Part shown: piece by piece, positions 48,963-64,000 of the stretch
Layout of the letters: every line of letters begins with the position of its first letter
Numbering within the stretch: the stretch's first letter is position 1
NCBI GenBank assembly: GCA_051362555.1
Contig: CM120646.1
Span: 2,976,001-3,040,000, forward strand
Direction of reading: 5' to 3'
DNA length: 64,000 bases
Source of the DNA: Lingula anatina
Taxonomy: Eukaryota > Animalia > Brachiopoda
Position numbers and translations under genes: made by a program
Notes under the pieces: generated by a model
Databases searched by the model: none
What the model was told of the DNA's origin: nothing
What the model saw: only the letters and a program-made list of their open reading frames with translations

Positions 48963-51398
48963 CGTATTCTGCATGTTATTCATGGCCTAACAATAAATAT
49001 ACGAATAGAATATACGCAAAATTGGCACAAGAAGTATTGCACAAAACCTCCATCGATTTTCAGTTTAAAACTTCCAGATTATGCATTGCATTTGTAATAC
49101 GGTTTCCCAGAACGGCGCATGCGCATTAAGCGTTCACCTGAACAGCTGATTTCAATATGTGGTAGCAATCACAAAGAATGATTTCAAGGATTTTCTGCCA
49201 TTCTCGAAGTCAGTAAGCCTAGAGTGTTTTATATTGTCACTCGTACGGATTGCATCTTACGAGGGACACCATATGTAGCGACAGATGAACAACCAGAAAG
49301 AGTGAAATAAGAGAAAATGGTGAGTATGAATCTCTCAATTTGTGCTATAAATTGGATAATGAATGAGAACAGACTTTATGAATAAGCAAGGCGATAAATG
49401 AAAAGTGTGTTGTATTATATTCTTCTATGTGGGCGTATTTGTTAGGTGAACTGCACCATCAGTTATATATAAAAAAATCCAATGCAGTCCCTACAGTATC
49501 TAGTGTCATTAACGGACCGCGACCAGTAAAACGTTCTTAAATAAATTACACTGTTTATTGATTTGCTATACGTCCAATATTGCTTATATTGCACAGTTAA
49601 TGGACGATGCCACAAGCCTCTTCCTGCATTTTACGAAGGCCAGCAGTAATAAAAATTGGAGTTGAAACCTTGCTTGCATTTAAAACAGGCCCTATATCAG
49701 TAGCTCTTTTTGTCAATGGATTAATGATAATTATCTTTCTCCAAAAAGATGACAGGAAATGCGGGAAACGCATACCTATCGATTTACGCCTTAAATCCCC
49801 TTAATAAGACCACCTGCGTGCAAATTAATATCATCATATTACCAGGATTACGACGTCTTAATTGGACTGGAAACCAGTGATATAATCATGGAGCGTTATC
49901 ATATATTAACACCCTGACGCTCAATGTTGTTTCTCGCGGTTTATATTGCATCACCGAGTGAACGAGAACTCTAATTTTCTACCAGCACAAAAAGGAGCGT
50001 TGTTAAAATTATGATGGTGGAGCTTCTGTTATTAAGAGCACATTTGAAATAAACATGAGGACTCATGTGATATTCTATGGGTTTCTGTTCAATATAAAAT
50101 CTCAATATCCCTCAATATCATTCACCCTTTTATTCTCATTTCACTTTATCTTATATCAACCAGAAACAGTATCACGAGGACGGAAACATCTGAAACCCAG
50201 GAAATGAAAGCACTGTAATATCGACAAGACCGGGGTAAGTTGCGTGTTACTTGAGTTATTGGATTGTGTTTTATGGCAACTTGTAATTGAACTTGTCGCC
50301 ACGTCTAATAATTTAAATATATATAACTGCGTGCTATTGGAATGATTTACGTGAAAAACTCATCAACATGGTTAAAACATAATCTTTATCCACACACCAG
50401 ATTTAAAAGGGACCATTACCCCGTCTTAGTCTACAGTTTACCTGCAGGCTCTCTGGATATAATGGTTTTGCTAATAATCCTTACATGCACTTTATTTTGG
50501 GCAAATATGTCTCGCTGGCGCTGCACAGTTGTTATTTACAGTTTTGTATTAATTAATCTTTCTATGTAGCACAAATGAATGATTAACGAAAAAATAATTT
50601 TTTCATTACCGAAGATCAAGAAATCGACTGCATTTTTCCTATACAGAACACAAAGTAAAAACCATATACAAGGTTAGGATGCAAAATGCAGTATACAGCA
50701 TGACTCACAAGGAAATCGATAACTCTTCGCAAATAGTTTTAGTTGATGAAATCTATCGGCAGACCGCACCCTGTAGTTCAAGGCGATTGCAAACGTTAGT
50801 GATAGCCGCGCCTGCTACAATTACTGATCAAGTGTTAGCGGCCCGTCTGGTGATGATTCAACTTAATGCTGAGAGAAAAAGACAAGTCAGACAAGATATT
50901 GGTACGTAATATGGAAACCATTGCGCTGGTAAAATATCTGCAAAATCCAATTTTCAAATACTCCATCAACTTTTATATTCTCATCGCATAAACATTTTAT
51001 CCTTATTCAATACTCAATGTATTATCTATCTGGTTTGTAAGTCGCGCTAACAGGCAAAGTGGAATACGTCTGCCAGTTATAAACTCTCGATCTTTTTGTT
51101 ATAACATCGAGTACGTACAATGTTTCAGAAAAAAAAAACAAAAAAAACGAAAATTTATGCAGCGAGTTTAAGTGATTGTTTTACCAAAAAAATCATTGTT
51201 AGCCCATAGAATTCGAACATATCATGATCAGCAATTACTGTCACCTTCCAAAATGAATCACATCAATCTCAAGTAGTACCTGTGTGTGTATGTATATGAT
51301 TATGTATATGAATATATGAAGTAACTGTGTGCCTGTTTAATTCAAACCATATGTGGCCTTGATATGTAGTGGGCACTAATGTGTTAGGGCTAAATAAA

Positions 51399-51849
<451 letters not shown>

Positions 51850-54800
51850 TGCAGAGCATATGGTGGTTCTGGTCTACAGGGTTTTTGAGGAATCCCCGGA
51901 CACATTGATACCTCGTGACACCAGCTACTGATACGGTTTACGCCATAGAGATTTCATGTGAATAAATGAGGGAATTAACGCTATAATTCAGCAAAGCCCT
52001 GGATTCATCAAGACTTGCTTCTGTGTGCGAGCGCTAAAAATAACCTGCAAATAACATCGATTTTTTAAAGTGAAAGGCATTTACATATTACATCCACACA
52101 CATGGTCTTCATTATATTACCGAGTACAGTGTAAATGGGTACTTATCTCGCCAAGGTTTGTCATGATGGCTCATGTTTATCGAGCCACAAAAATTGCATT
52201 TTACGCTAAATGACCCCAGGTCTTTGTGAACGAACGCAGGTCTTTATATTAAACATGCTACCATTTAACCCGACTGCACCGACCTCGTTGCTTAGCAACA
52301 CTCGGGATTCCGCGTGGTGTTTCTAAAAATAACGCATCAGCTGATTAACCGCAAGGAAACACCTTGACGAAGAATATCAACCGCAGATCGATAAAACTGT
52401 TTGTAAAATTCCTAAGGAGATTGCGCCTTGTGATTCACTTGAAGGGCCTTTAAGCTATGCCAAGAAACGTGTACACCTGTAAATGATTTGCATTTTATGA
52501 CACTATAAATGCATTAAAAAAGCACATAGTTTTTGTCAACAAACTCAGCGATAAAACAATGAGTCAGCATATTAAATTTATTGTTCGTGTAGAATAGTTT
52601 GAAGTTGGTGTTCTTAAACGACCACTTTCACTGGAACTTTAACTGAAGTGTCACAGCGCGTCCTGCTGTCACCCCCGATATGAAAAAGGGTGACACTTTT
52701 TAGCTGTGACAGCTGTCAGTTAAACAAGGCCTGGACTTAAGGTCACTACACACGTGACCTTACTTACACAGCCAGGGCCTGTTTCACAAAATAATTTTAG
52801 TCCCAAAAATGATCTGACCTTTTAGACTAGAACTTTACCCATAGTCTACTTTGACTAAATAAAGACCAGCAACAGTGCGAACAAATTACATAACTTGTAA
52901 ATGTGCCGAGTACTTATCAAGAAATCCATTGCCGACCAACACAGGTGCTTAATTATTCCATTCATGCGGAGTATTACAGGTTTGTCTTGAACCGAAAAGA
53001 CTAAAAGTTTGGTCCTAATGTTAAGACCAATTTTCAAGCTTCAGTTCTTCGTGAAACCAGGCAACGGATACCGATAGAAAGATAACAGCATGTTGTACCG
53101 GTGTAAAAATTCTGTTATGATTCATATATAAATTCATTCATTTTTGCGTGTGTAACAAGGTGTTTTGACGTCTCAATCCATAATTTTACCCGAGTTATTT
53201 CATGCATACTGCAGCTGCAATCCCCACTGTAGCAGAGAAAGTTTTGGGTCAATGCCGTTACGGACGTTTCAATATGCAGACCGCCTCCCTTCGATATCGT
53301 TTACACGGCGAGATTTTTTAGCAGACGTAGAGGTTATGTACGTTCTCAAAATACACCTGCATTGTAAGTGCACCTTTTTTTGTCTTCACGTGGGTATGAA
53401 TGACCCCTGTAAATTTAGAATCGAAAGCACAATTAGTCCGCATATAGCGATATGAAGTGCAACGAATGACATCTTTTTGGGTTTTGTCTAATAATAGACT
53501 ATAAAAAACCCAGTAAATGGGCGTATGTATTAATATTTACAAAGGCAAAAATAAATACTACAATGCGTCTCTGTTTAATTGCTCTGACAAGTCGCATCAA
53601 ACAATAACAGTGGAGGGTACCCAAACCCTTTAAAGTAATGAAAAAACAAATAAAATGTTTACCTTTAACAGTATTAATAAGCTTAAAGGGCAGGGGCATG
53701 TCAGGTAAATCGATTTACTAATAATAAAAATATTCCCACACGTTGTGTGTTTTTGGTGCGTCACAGATGTGCAAACAATGTATGCACTCGAGGGATTTCC
53801 TGACCTCTCGGTGACGTCATATTGCGCGCCAGCCAAAACAAACATATACCTGAGAAACTGCGTACCTTTCCTTTGTGTTAAGACGCCTTCGTAAAATCAC
53901 GTGTTAACAAAGTTTAGGGGGAAATATTCGAGTAAGTAGTTCTAATAAGGCCTCGGCGTGAATATATTGGTCATGAAAGTTTACGTACATGTACCAGTAG
54001 GATAGTCTCGTGTTTAGACAGGAGTATACAGCTAGTCTAGATCTTGGTACAGGTAAGAGAGATGTTGTAGACGTAAAGAAAAAAGTTAAAAGCGAAATAT
54101 CCCCGTATAGTAATTGATTGGCTCATATTAATGGTGCTTAGAAAGAAAAGTTTAGTTTTGTTAAAGTATTGGTATATCTTATATCATTCTGATGTTTCAT
54201 TTTATGTTCCTGTGTTAACACAAAGACATGTTTAAATCCATTTCTAGACTAATAGTCTCTCTTAATCGATCACCATTAATGACCATTACGAAGTTTGGCC
54301 TGCGTGATATCTAACATGCATAAGATTCCCGTATCTCTCCTCTCAACAAGTGCTGTGGTACAAATGTAAGCCCATTTTGCCATTTTTATGGCATGGTGTG
54401 TTTTAAGAACGTTGCAAGTTTTTACATCATCTAGGTCAATACTGTGGAGAGGAAAAGTAGACATATGTCAGACCTAACATTTTGTCATCGGTATAAATAC
54501 ATGAAGTGTGAGATAAGGCCTATCTAAACTACGGGTTATCTGGCCATTGACACTTCAAGGAAATAACCTTGACTGCTGTAGGCATCGATCTGAGTGTCCG
54601 AGGCCATGTGAGAATTCTCGGTAGTCAGAATTAGGTTTAGTCCAAATTCTGTTCTTAGTCCGATTTTTGACAGTTCGCAACTGACTGTAACTTTGCTTGG
54701 GATCCCATCACGCCTCATTGCATATCGACCTGATCGTGGTCAATACACCGTACAATAGACCTGTGTCAACTTTCTGCTTACTTGTATCGGCGCACTTTAT

Positions 54801-54892
54801 GCATCATCGGGTCATTTCAATCTCTTTTAGCTAAAGCGATAAACACGTGCACGCCTTTTTAATGCGTTGGGCATAAGAATCTCACTTAATTA

Positions 54893-55067
54893 GGCCACCT
54901 TCAGAACAGCGGACTAATTATACCACGGGTCAAATATGGCCGACCCACTTGAATACTTCCCAACGGGATATCTGTTCAGTGTCAATTAGCGGATTAGACG
55001 GCAAGCTTTTTAGTGGGTTGCCATATTTGACCCTCGGACTAGTTAGTCCGCTTTTCTGAATGCAGCC
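54893..55067. mobile_element. Harbinger-type hairpin MITE, family B copy 2
   Basis: TTA|GGCCACCTTCAGAACAGCGGACTAA ... TTAGTCCGCTTTTCTGAATGCAGCC|TTA; homologous to 10906-11082. Confidence 0.75.
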
Positions 55068-57479
55068 TTAAACAAGTCTCCTTGATCACCATACTAAATA
55101 TCAGATCTATTTTGCCTTAGCTAAAGCTAGTAGTGGTTCTATGTAATCAACTGCTTGGTGATCTGATGTGAACTTTCACTGAGTACATCTAAGGATAACT
55201 TGGGATACAAACACTGTAATTGTGCGAAACTCGCACTTCTGCCGCCCTGACAGACACGCAAAGTTTGACGGCGAACTGCTAATTAGGATTGTTCTCAACG
55301 ACAGAGTTTATAAGTTAACTATAAACCGAGGTGCAACAGGTGGTCTTACACCCACTTTTATCAAATCAAATATGTCGCATTTGTACTCACTTTGCGTTCC
55401 AGCACAGCCTTAAACTTAATAAAGTCACAAAATATGAGGACGCACGCATAGCGTTCTTTGGGACATCGCTTGGGTAGAAGGTGACTGTCTTTAGTTTCAC
55501 CCTCATTACATGTTTCCAGGATATCCATAAAATTGTGTGGAAAGTAATGTTTCCTTAATGCTAGACAAATATTTTTGTTTCTGGTGTTGCTATCACGTGG
55601 TTAAAAATAACTGATTTCTTTAGGACAACTGTCCATAGGATATCAAATTATACTATGGACAGTGTTATCCAAAGGATAGCACTATCCAGTGTTGATGTAA
55701 CTGGACTCAGGAGTCTTAGACCCCATACCCAGAGATTAGATAGATCCAACTAGATCGACCTAACTCCCTGGGGGTTCACGCTAAATAGCTGTCAGCCGAG
55801 CGAAAGTTAATTACCCCCTTACAGCTTGTAGTAGGCGAAACGGACATTTAAGCAATATTATCTGACAGTAATCTAGTGAGACTCCCCACGGGGATAGATC
55901 GATCTGAAATCTATGGGAATGCGCCCATAGAGACAATTTTTTCTCTGAGCGACATATTCACGTATGAAATTAATGTAGGATTATGTTTTCTAATAAAATG
56001 CGATATTTGTTTATTTCTAACCTGTCACTTTATCTTCAAAATGTAAATCAATCTTCATGTATGATCTAATATATTTACTTATAAATCGAGACCACCTTGA
56101 AATAATTGCCATTGTTATTTGATGTTATTGGCGCATTAGTTGTTCAATTATTTCTAGGACCTACCTGCAAGCATTTCATGAGATTTATTAGAAAAAGGGT
56201 AGCAACGAGGCAAAGGCAATAAGGACATGACTCTTCAATCTTTATGTTTTGGAAAACATAACCTACCGTTAACACACGCATACAGTATATATAGTAACAA
56301 GTGCTTGTCATTAACTAGCAAACTACAGTAATTGCGAAGATCTGGAATAACCCAGCAGGTTCATATAGGTTCTTGGCTTAATGTTTACAAATGATCGTGT
56401 GGTGCATATAAGCTGTACATTTGTTTTCTTACCAGTGAACTTTAAGTACTCTTAGCTCTTATCACTTTCTCGATATTAATAAGAACATTGCAGATGTATT
56501 GGAGGGACACTGGCACCTCGTGTACATGCTGTGTTATTACTAACTGATATGTGATTTCATGGAATCGTTCATCAATAAGAGATAATGCCTTACTCAAGGT
56601 CACCGCCCATGCAGCTACTGATATGCAGTTTATGGATAACCTGTCTGTCTGTCTGTTTGTCTGCCCGACAGTCTGTTTTTCTTTATCGTCACTCAGAAAC
56701 ACACTCTCAAATTGTTCATTCTCTTTGTACGCTTTACTTGAGATATATATTCCTATTTTTCTAGGACCAATAAAGACTCGCTGGCATCAAGACGAGGGTG
56801 AAGAAATCATGCCAGGGTTTTCTCCAGAACATCGGAAAGTTTGGAGAAAAATAAGCCACGCCTAAATCAGGGTACGACATGTAAGTTCTTTATAGTAATG
56901 TAGATGATCGCCACTGCAGATTTAAGGAGCCACATTTTCTCCTCCATGTCTTGACCTTTATATGGACTTTTTAACGTTAGATATTGACTTTTTAACAAGT
57001 AGAAGATAGGAAATGTAAATCAGAAATCTTTATAACATGAAAGTGACAAGAATAACAAGATAACATCCTTCATAGCGAGGATACTGTAAACAGGAGTGGA
57101 TTTTATTTTTAAATTGGAAGTTAGGACATCTAATCACGTAATATGTCGATCTTCTAAAATACGCAATAGAGGCACTAAGAGTGAAGTCAAACAGGTAAGT
57201 AGGTAATGGGCGGTGACTTCATGTCGGTGCCTCTTCATTTTTTTCTTTTTTGTTTTTATCTCCTTAAAGATCGATATTCTATGTGTAGATGTTCTCCGAT
57301 ATTTTCTACTTTTGAACATACATTATGGATCGATCGATTGAGATAATTAATAAAGTTATATTTGGCTTCCATAACTCAACTTCAGAATCTCATCACACAC
57401 GGCGCGTTTTCGCATCAGAGTCACCATCATCGCCATAAACTAGAAACATTCAACGGAGATCTCAGCTATTCACGATAAA

Positions 57480-58082
57480 ATGGCTCCCAGCAACCAAGAC
57501 CAGAAATCACGCCATGTCTCCGGAGAATCCTCCAAATCCACGGCGTCCACTGACAGCGCTTCTATGTACGTGCCCACTCCTCCCGATGGAGGCTGGGGCT
57601 GGGTCATCGTGACTGTGTCATTCCTGTGTAACATGATAGTGGACGGCATTGCCTACTCTTATGGCGTGTTTCTGTTGACTTTTTTGGACTATTTCAAGGA
57701 GGGCAAAGCAAAGACTGCCTTGGTAGGGTCTCTGTTGGCTGGGACATATCTCGCTGTTGGTAAGTACATGTAGATAAACTTGTGTGAAAAAGCAGAAATT
57801 ATACTGTACATGGTGTGTGTGGCGGGCAAGGGTATGGTTAATGTAAGGATTTGCTTCGCCAGAAGAACGAGGGGATGAAGGGGCATGCCATTTGCATGTA
57901 AGATGTGTTCCTGATTTGCCCAGATAATGACACGCAAAGTGGGATCGGAAATTGCATTGTAATTAGCCAAAGAGGAAGGTACTGCTCAATCCATTATATT
58001 CGCCTTAAGTGCGTCTTTTATACAATGAGAGCTACCAGCGTACATGTCTTGCAATGATCTCGGATTCTAAATTCAATTTTTG

Positions 58083-58119
<37 letters not shown>

Positions 58120-61100
58120 AGAATATACCTGTACGGATTTTCTCTTTTCCTAGGTCCCATCGTAAGCGCCTTGACGAATAGGTATGGTTGCCGCGCTGTC
58201 ACGATTGCCGGCGCCATATTTGCCAGCTTAGCCTTCATTCTCAGCACCTTCTCACCAAACGTCGATGTGCTGATTTTAACATTTGGAGTACTTGGTGGTA
58301 GGGAGTTTGTAGTTTGAGCAAATGTTTCTCATATTTTTTAAATATTTGTTCTTCGTTTTTCAGTTTCCATACAGTTACGCATGCATGAGCTGTTTCATTG
58401 ATTCCTAAATAATGTATTTCTTCAAAGGTTGAGTAACTTTGATATATACGGGGAAAGTGAGTGAAGAAAAGATATAGGGTTGTCAATAAATGTTCTGTAC
58501 ATTTTAATCTTAAAAGAAAGAGAGAAATTGGTAGCATAGTGATAAATGTTTTTCTTTTATAGGCATTGTTCCGAAATAAGAATGAGAGAGCGAAAATAGT
58601 AGTGATAGATGTTTTTCTTTTCTAGGCATTGGATTCGGCATGATGTATTTGCCATCGATAGTCAGTGTAGGTTATTACTTCGAGAAAAAGCGTGCTTTGG
58701 CCACTGGTATTGCAGTGTGTGGCTCTGGCTGTGGTACTTTTATCTTTGCGCCATTTGTGGGCTACCTACTGGAAACATATGACTGGAAAAACGCCATCTA
58801 CATCATTGCTGGTATCGTCTTGCAGGGCGCAGTTTGTGGCGCCCTCATGAGGCCGTTGGAGGCAAAGCCTGTGAAAAAGAAGAAAAATAGAAAGCCAAGA
58901 GCAAAGAATGTGATTGATAGAATAAAAGAACACGCGCGACAACGAACGGAATCCGAGAATAGTACTTACATGTCGACTTCAGTCATAATGAATCGAGTTC
59001 AGGAAGTCAAAGAAATGCGACAGCAACGAATCCGCGAAGAGATTGGCTCTGTGTCTGACGTCATGGGTACGTCATACATGTCCCGGATGACGGATTCGTA
59101 TCATGACGGCCAAAACGAGGAGAGTTTCCCAAACACCCCGAATATGTCCATCCCAAAGACTGTGATAGAAGGGCAGATGCTGGAGAATTCTCCAACTTCA
59201 GGAACTACAAGCCCTCTGGAAGTAGATTCGGAGGATGAAAGTGAAGAGGTGAAAACGGTTATTAAACGGTCTTCACCTATTCCAATCCCTGGACAAAAAG
59301 CTAATGATTTTACCTCTCATATAAGACCTGATGACGGAGAGAGAACGCCGCTTACGTCTCCAAAAAAGCAAACACCCGCCGAAACTGGGGCTAAAACTTT
59401 TCAGTCTCAACATTTATTGTCTCCTACTGGCATTGCCAGCAGTTTTAAAAGTCTCCAACACATTCGTGACAGGGTTCGCGATTTAATCATAGAAGACGCC
59501 GCGCCAGTATCACGAGAGGACTACGCCCGCCCGTTGTATCGACAGGACATTTTCTACAGCGGAAGCGTATGTCACATTCCGCAGTACCGCTCGCAGCCGG
59601 ACGTGGAAACTTACGTGACCAGTATTACTGCGATACCAGAAAGGTTGCCATTGGAGGAGGAAGGATGGTTCTGGCGGAATTGTTGTTGTTGTGTTTCAAA
59701 ATCTACGCGGGATGTGCTGAAAATGATGTTGGATTTCTCCCTCATGAAGAACAAGACGTTTTTGCTATTGTTTTCAGGTAATTTTTCAATCAATTGATGC
59801 AAATATTTCATAAATTGATTTTGATGAAGGTAGCTAGACCAAACATCCATTGAATACGGGTTTTAAAATGAAATAAGATGATAACACGTTTTTGATACTT
59901 TTTAGAGGAGAATAATGAAAATTGAATATCGCACCAAGCAAAACGCCTTTTTTTATGTTGTACCGAATGGCCCTGTGCTGCTATTTTCATGTAATTTTTC
60001 ACAGTTTATATTAAATAAATTAATTTCATCAAGTATGTTCTAGGTAATGTCTTCGCTATGATCGGGTTCTATGTACCGTTTGTATATCTGACCAACCGAG
60101 CTGTGCTGCTGGGAGTCGATGCTAGCAGCGCCACCTTTCTTATATCAGTGATAGGTAATGTGTTGTCATCTGCTAAATCAATACATTATTCTTGTCATCG
60201 TCATGGCTATACTTTTACTTGAACTGATTTAATGTTTTGTGATATACCCTTATGCAATTATCAACTATATTGAATTAATGGCGATGCTTTAATTTGCCAT
60301 TTACTTTACAATCAAACTGTAAGTTATATTTTTTCGTAATCTTAAGATGTTTCACGTGATCAGTCAGGTGTAAAATTTTATGCTATTTACTAAATCAACA
60401 TTTAGAATTCCAAGATTCATATACATTCCTTTGTTTTAAAGCAATTTTTAAAACTCCCACAAAGCGATAGCGCTTATTTTGAATTAGATTCTTATAAACC
60501 GAAAATGCAACAAGCTAACATTATTTCCATATTTTTCTAGGAATAACGAACACCATAGGGCGACTGGTGGCGGGCTTTCTTGCTGACCTGCCAAAAGTGG
60601 ACGCTCTGGTTCTGAACAATATTGCCCTCCTCATTAGCGGGCTGGTCACTGTTTTAAGTCCCTTGTGTACCACGTATGCCATGTTGGCCACATATGCAGC
60701 CTTGTTTGGTCTCTGTATTTGTAAGTACATTTATCGAGATACGCTGCTGTCTCCTTTTTGGGCCCATTCCCAATGGAACGATCGTTCTACGTAGATATAT
60801 TCACCTCCGCGGAAGTTTTCGCTGAATGCAATCAGATTGAGAGATTAACACGCCCCCTCTTGTTTCCAAAGTACACGTATGATCACCAGCTTTTCTGTAT
60901 TCTACTCAATGTGAAGAGAACGATAGTTTCTTTGGGAACGGGCCCTATGAGTCACCTAAATCACGTGCACACCAGGTTTTAGCGCCGAACAGGTTTGATA
61001 TTCGTCTCAAACAACAGGCGACAACCATTTCCAGCGCAACATCAACTGTATGTTCTTGTCTTAATAATGTACGTACTAAAGACAAGTCTGTGTGAAAAAA

Positions 61101-62139
61101 GATGCACGTTTGATGTTGACGAAAAAAATTTAAATGCTGTAGTAGCAAAAGAATTGCTGTTTATCATTGAAAGAGCTTTTGTTACATAACTAATCATTTA
61201 ATGTTATAAAAAAGCATTTTTTGTTTCAATAGGACATCTTTGTTACATTTGTTCGACAGCTTTTCTTTAATTTAACGTTAAGTTTACTGCAGCTTTGACA
61301 AATACCATATGTAAAATATGCTTGGCATTTAAACGGATCAATCTCAGCGAAATATTGTTTGACATATCACGATATTTCTTTTCTCAGCGGCCTACATTTC
61401 TCTGACATCTATTATCCTCTGTGATTTGTTGGGACTTGAGAAGCTTACGAACGCTTTCGGCTTGTTAACTCTGGCACGTGGTGTGTCCTCTGCTATTGGT
61501 CCGCCGTTAGCAGGTGAGCGAAACAGATATTTTTTTAGAATTTAACATTTTGTCCTAGATGATATTTCAATTTTCTCAATCAGTAACACCAGGACATTGG
61601 ATGATTCTTTGTTCTTTTACTTCTCCACAAATACCTTGTTTCTAAGGTACAGTAATCAGTATCTTAATTCAAACTAATTAAAAACTGCATATTTCCCGAA
61701 TATTTATATTTATATGCATATTTATCGAAGTTTATGATACCTTAAAAGCGATTCCAAAGTTCCTAAAATTATTTTGTCTTCTTGCAACGAAACAATTTTG
61801 GATACTAACTGAAATAATGTTATATTGGCGCAAGTAGTGTTCGTAGTCGGGTTAAAATCACCATATAATCCGTGTAGTCAGGGATTTCCTTTCCATATAA
61901 ATCCCCCTTGAATTGCTTTCTTGTCTTCCACAGGTGTTGTCTACGATACGTCCGGCAGTTATGACGTATCTTTCTACAGTGCCGGTGCTACCATCATCCT
62001 CGGGGGAATCCTCCACTGTCTCCTGCATCTACCTTGCTTCCAGAAACACGACGAGCCTTCACCACATCAACAGAATGGAAACGTCATAGTGGCTGAAAAC
62101 GTGGACTTGCACGAGATAGAACAAGTTGCATCAGTGTAG
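57480..62139 (+). CDS. SLC16/monocarboxylate transporter (MFS), invertebrate long-loop type, 7 coding exons
   Basis: Exons 57480-57759, 58154-58297, 58626-59777, 60044-60154, 60541-60720, 61388-61513, 61934-62139 (2199 nt, 732 aa). [39 protein letters not shown], loop motif [24 protein letters not shown]. Confidence 0.93.
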
Positions 62140-63428
62140 CAGTATCTAATAAGGAGGAATTGTTAAGTTCGAAATGGTAGCAGTATGCATATACTGTGAG
62201 ATATCCGTTTGGTTTAACTTACAGCCAGTTCGTATGCGAAAATACGCGATGATATACGAGGAAAAAAGTTCTCTGAACGCCAACGGAAAAATATCTCTGG
62301 TCTTCTTGAAACTGTTGACTTCCCGCTAGGGGCTTGTGTTAAAAGAACACCTCACTGTACGGAGCACGTACCAAGGAACGTTGACTCTTTCACGCCACTT
62401 GTGTTGTTGCGAGCGTGACCGAAATATTCGAAGTCAAATTCTATGCTGTTGAAAACGATATTATGCGATCTTATATTTTCTTTTTTAATTGCAAACAAAC
62501 ACTCATTTTAGAAAATTGGTCGTCCATTAAACACTATCACTAGTCAAATGCAACACGTGTCTGTTTGTAAAAAAAAGAAAATGTGAGATCTTAGAATAGT
62601 TTACCAAACAGACGAACTCATTTCAGTTAACTGCAGCATGCTTTATGGAAACGATGCACGATGCTTTATGGAAAGACTGATAATGTTGAAATATCCACGA
62701 CATCTCATATAAACTCATCTATTTTAAAGGTGCATACACTTGGGTCGTCATTTTTACAATTCCTATTTATTTGTTGACTATATTGTACGAGTACACTATG
62801 CTAAATTGATTTTGTTGTTTATGACAGACAAAAGCTGGTGTTTTTTACTTTTGTCAAATAACAACAAAATTCCCTTTGAAAACTCGCTGCAACGTGAGAC
62901 ATTTTACCTCGTTTGTTTTAGTGTTAGTTTTACTGGTGTTTTGATTACTTTAAGAACAAATTACTTTTCGAAATCTCACTGCAGCACTGAGTGAATATGT
63001 TTAAATTGTTTTAGTTTCAGTTTTACAATTGTTTAGACAAGTGTGCAGTCAAATAGCTATATTCATTGTTAAAAAAAGAAAGAAAAAAAAAACAAATAAA
63101 AACAGGAATAACAACATAGTTGACTTTTGACTTCTGTATATCTGTATCCACGCATTAGTGCCATTGGCTACACCATCGAGTGCATTTCTTTTGTATATTT
63201 TTATAACAAAATCATCAATAATGCTAATTTGTCATTTAGTCACGCAAAGTATTTTTATTATCTTATATTCACCAAATTGATTTTTTCAAATAGTGAATTC
63301 GAATTAAAGTCCCATCAAATGGAGTGTCCGTATCAAATGTTATCTGATCCAGTATTGAGTGCGTATTTTTCCAATAGTAGCAAAACAAATATGGCACAAC
63401 CTCGGAGGCTACTTCTATCTTCTCGGTG

Positions 63429-63547
63429 TTAGCCGATGACTGGGCGAGAGTTCACCTGAGCTAAGGCAGCCAGTTGGGTCTTCTGGGCGTCGTCAAAGGC
63501 CCAGTACACCTTGCTAAGTGCCTTTGCCTGGCTAAGTGCCACCACAC
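63429..63547 (-). CDS. Probable terminal coding exon of an unidentified minus-strand gene extending beyond the window
   Basis: Strong acceptor (TTTTTCTCTTCCAG), then a GC-richer frame VVALSQAKALSKVYWAFDDAQKTQLAALAQVNSRPVIG*; product not recognised. Confidence 0.5.
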
Positions 63548-64000
63548 CTGGAAGAGAAAAAGTTTGTAAATGACTGCCAGTCCAAAGTCGATAGGACAGA
63601 TTTGGTGGGTTGATATTTTGAACACTGCTCACCAGTTCATGAAATGTCATTTTCATCTGCAGCCACAATGGTGCGCCGCAACCGTGAAAATAAATGAAAA
63701 TAGACTTTGGCATACACAGTGATACCTGATAACCTTTTAGAAAGCAAACCTCAAGCATGTAATACTTGTATCAAAATTATTATACAATATACTAATTAAA
63801 ATGTGATGATAATACTGTGATAACAAAATAAAAAGTGCACATTTGAAGTTAAAATAACATTCATATGAAGTAACCAAAGGGGGATACGAAAACACACCTT
63901 GAGAGGTGAGACCCTTTTCACATTGAACGTGGTACATTGCGAAATGAAGTATCACCCATACCCACCCCACACCCCACCCCCCGTAGCGCAATTACACGTC

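Overview
This is intron-rich, AT-rich animal genomic DNA, probably from an invertebrate; the species cannot be determined from the sequence. Gene models were built by hand from GT-AG sites and reading-frame phase. (1) A 5'-partial, 24-exon ADAM metalloprotease (+, 156-10852) with an intact zinc motif. Its usual transmembrane helix and cytoplasmic tail are replaced by a Ly6/uPAR three-finger domain and a GPI-type C-terminus. (2) Two divergent paralogues with intronless CDSs (13484-14941 -, 24551-26089 +) encode type II membrane proteins whose motif order resembles fungal Bmt/GT91 beta-mannosyltransferases. (3) A 9-exon purple-acid-phosphatase (ACP7)-like gene (-, 27484-34202) has lost all five metal-binding motifs and carries a TM helix and tail. 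(4) An apparently intact 5.76-kb Kolobok DNA transposon (34614-40376, TTAA TSD) encodes a THAP-DDE transposase and a convergent KolX protein. (5) A 58-bp x10 minisatellite. (6) A 7-coding-exon SLC16/MCT transporter (+, 57480-62139). (7) The probable last exon of an unidentified minus-strand gene. Many MITEs and microsatellites are also present. The most unusual items are the ADAM-Ly6-GPI fusion, the animal GT91-like pair and the membrane-anchored pseudo-phosphatase. Family assignments rest on motifs recalled from memory, not on database searches.
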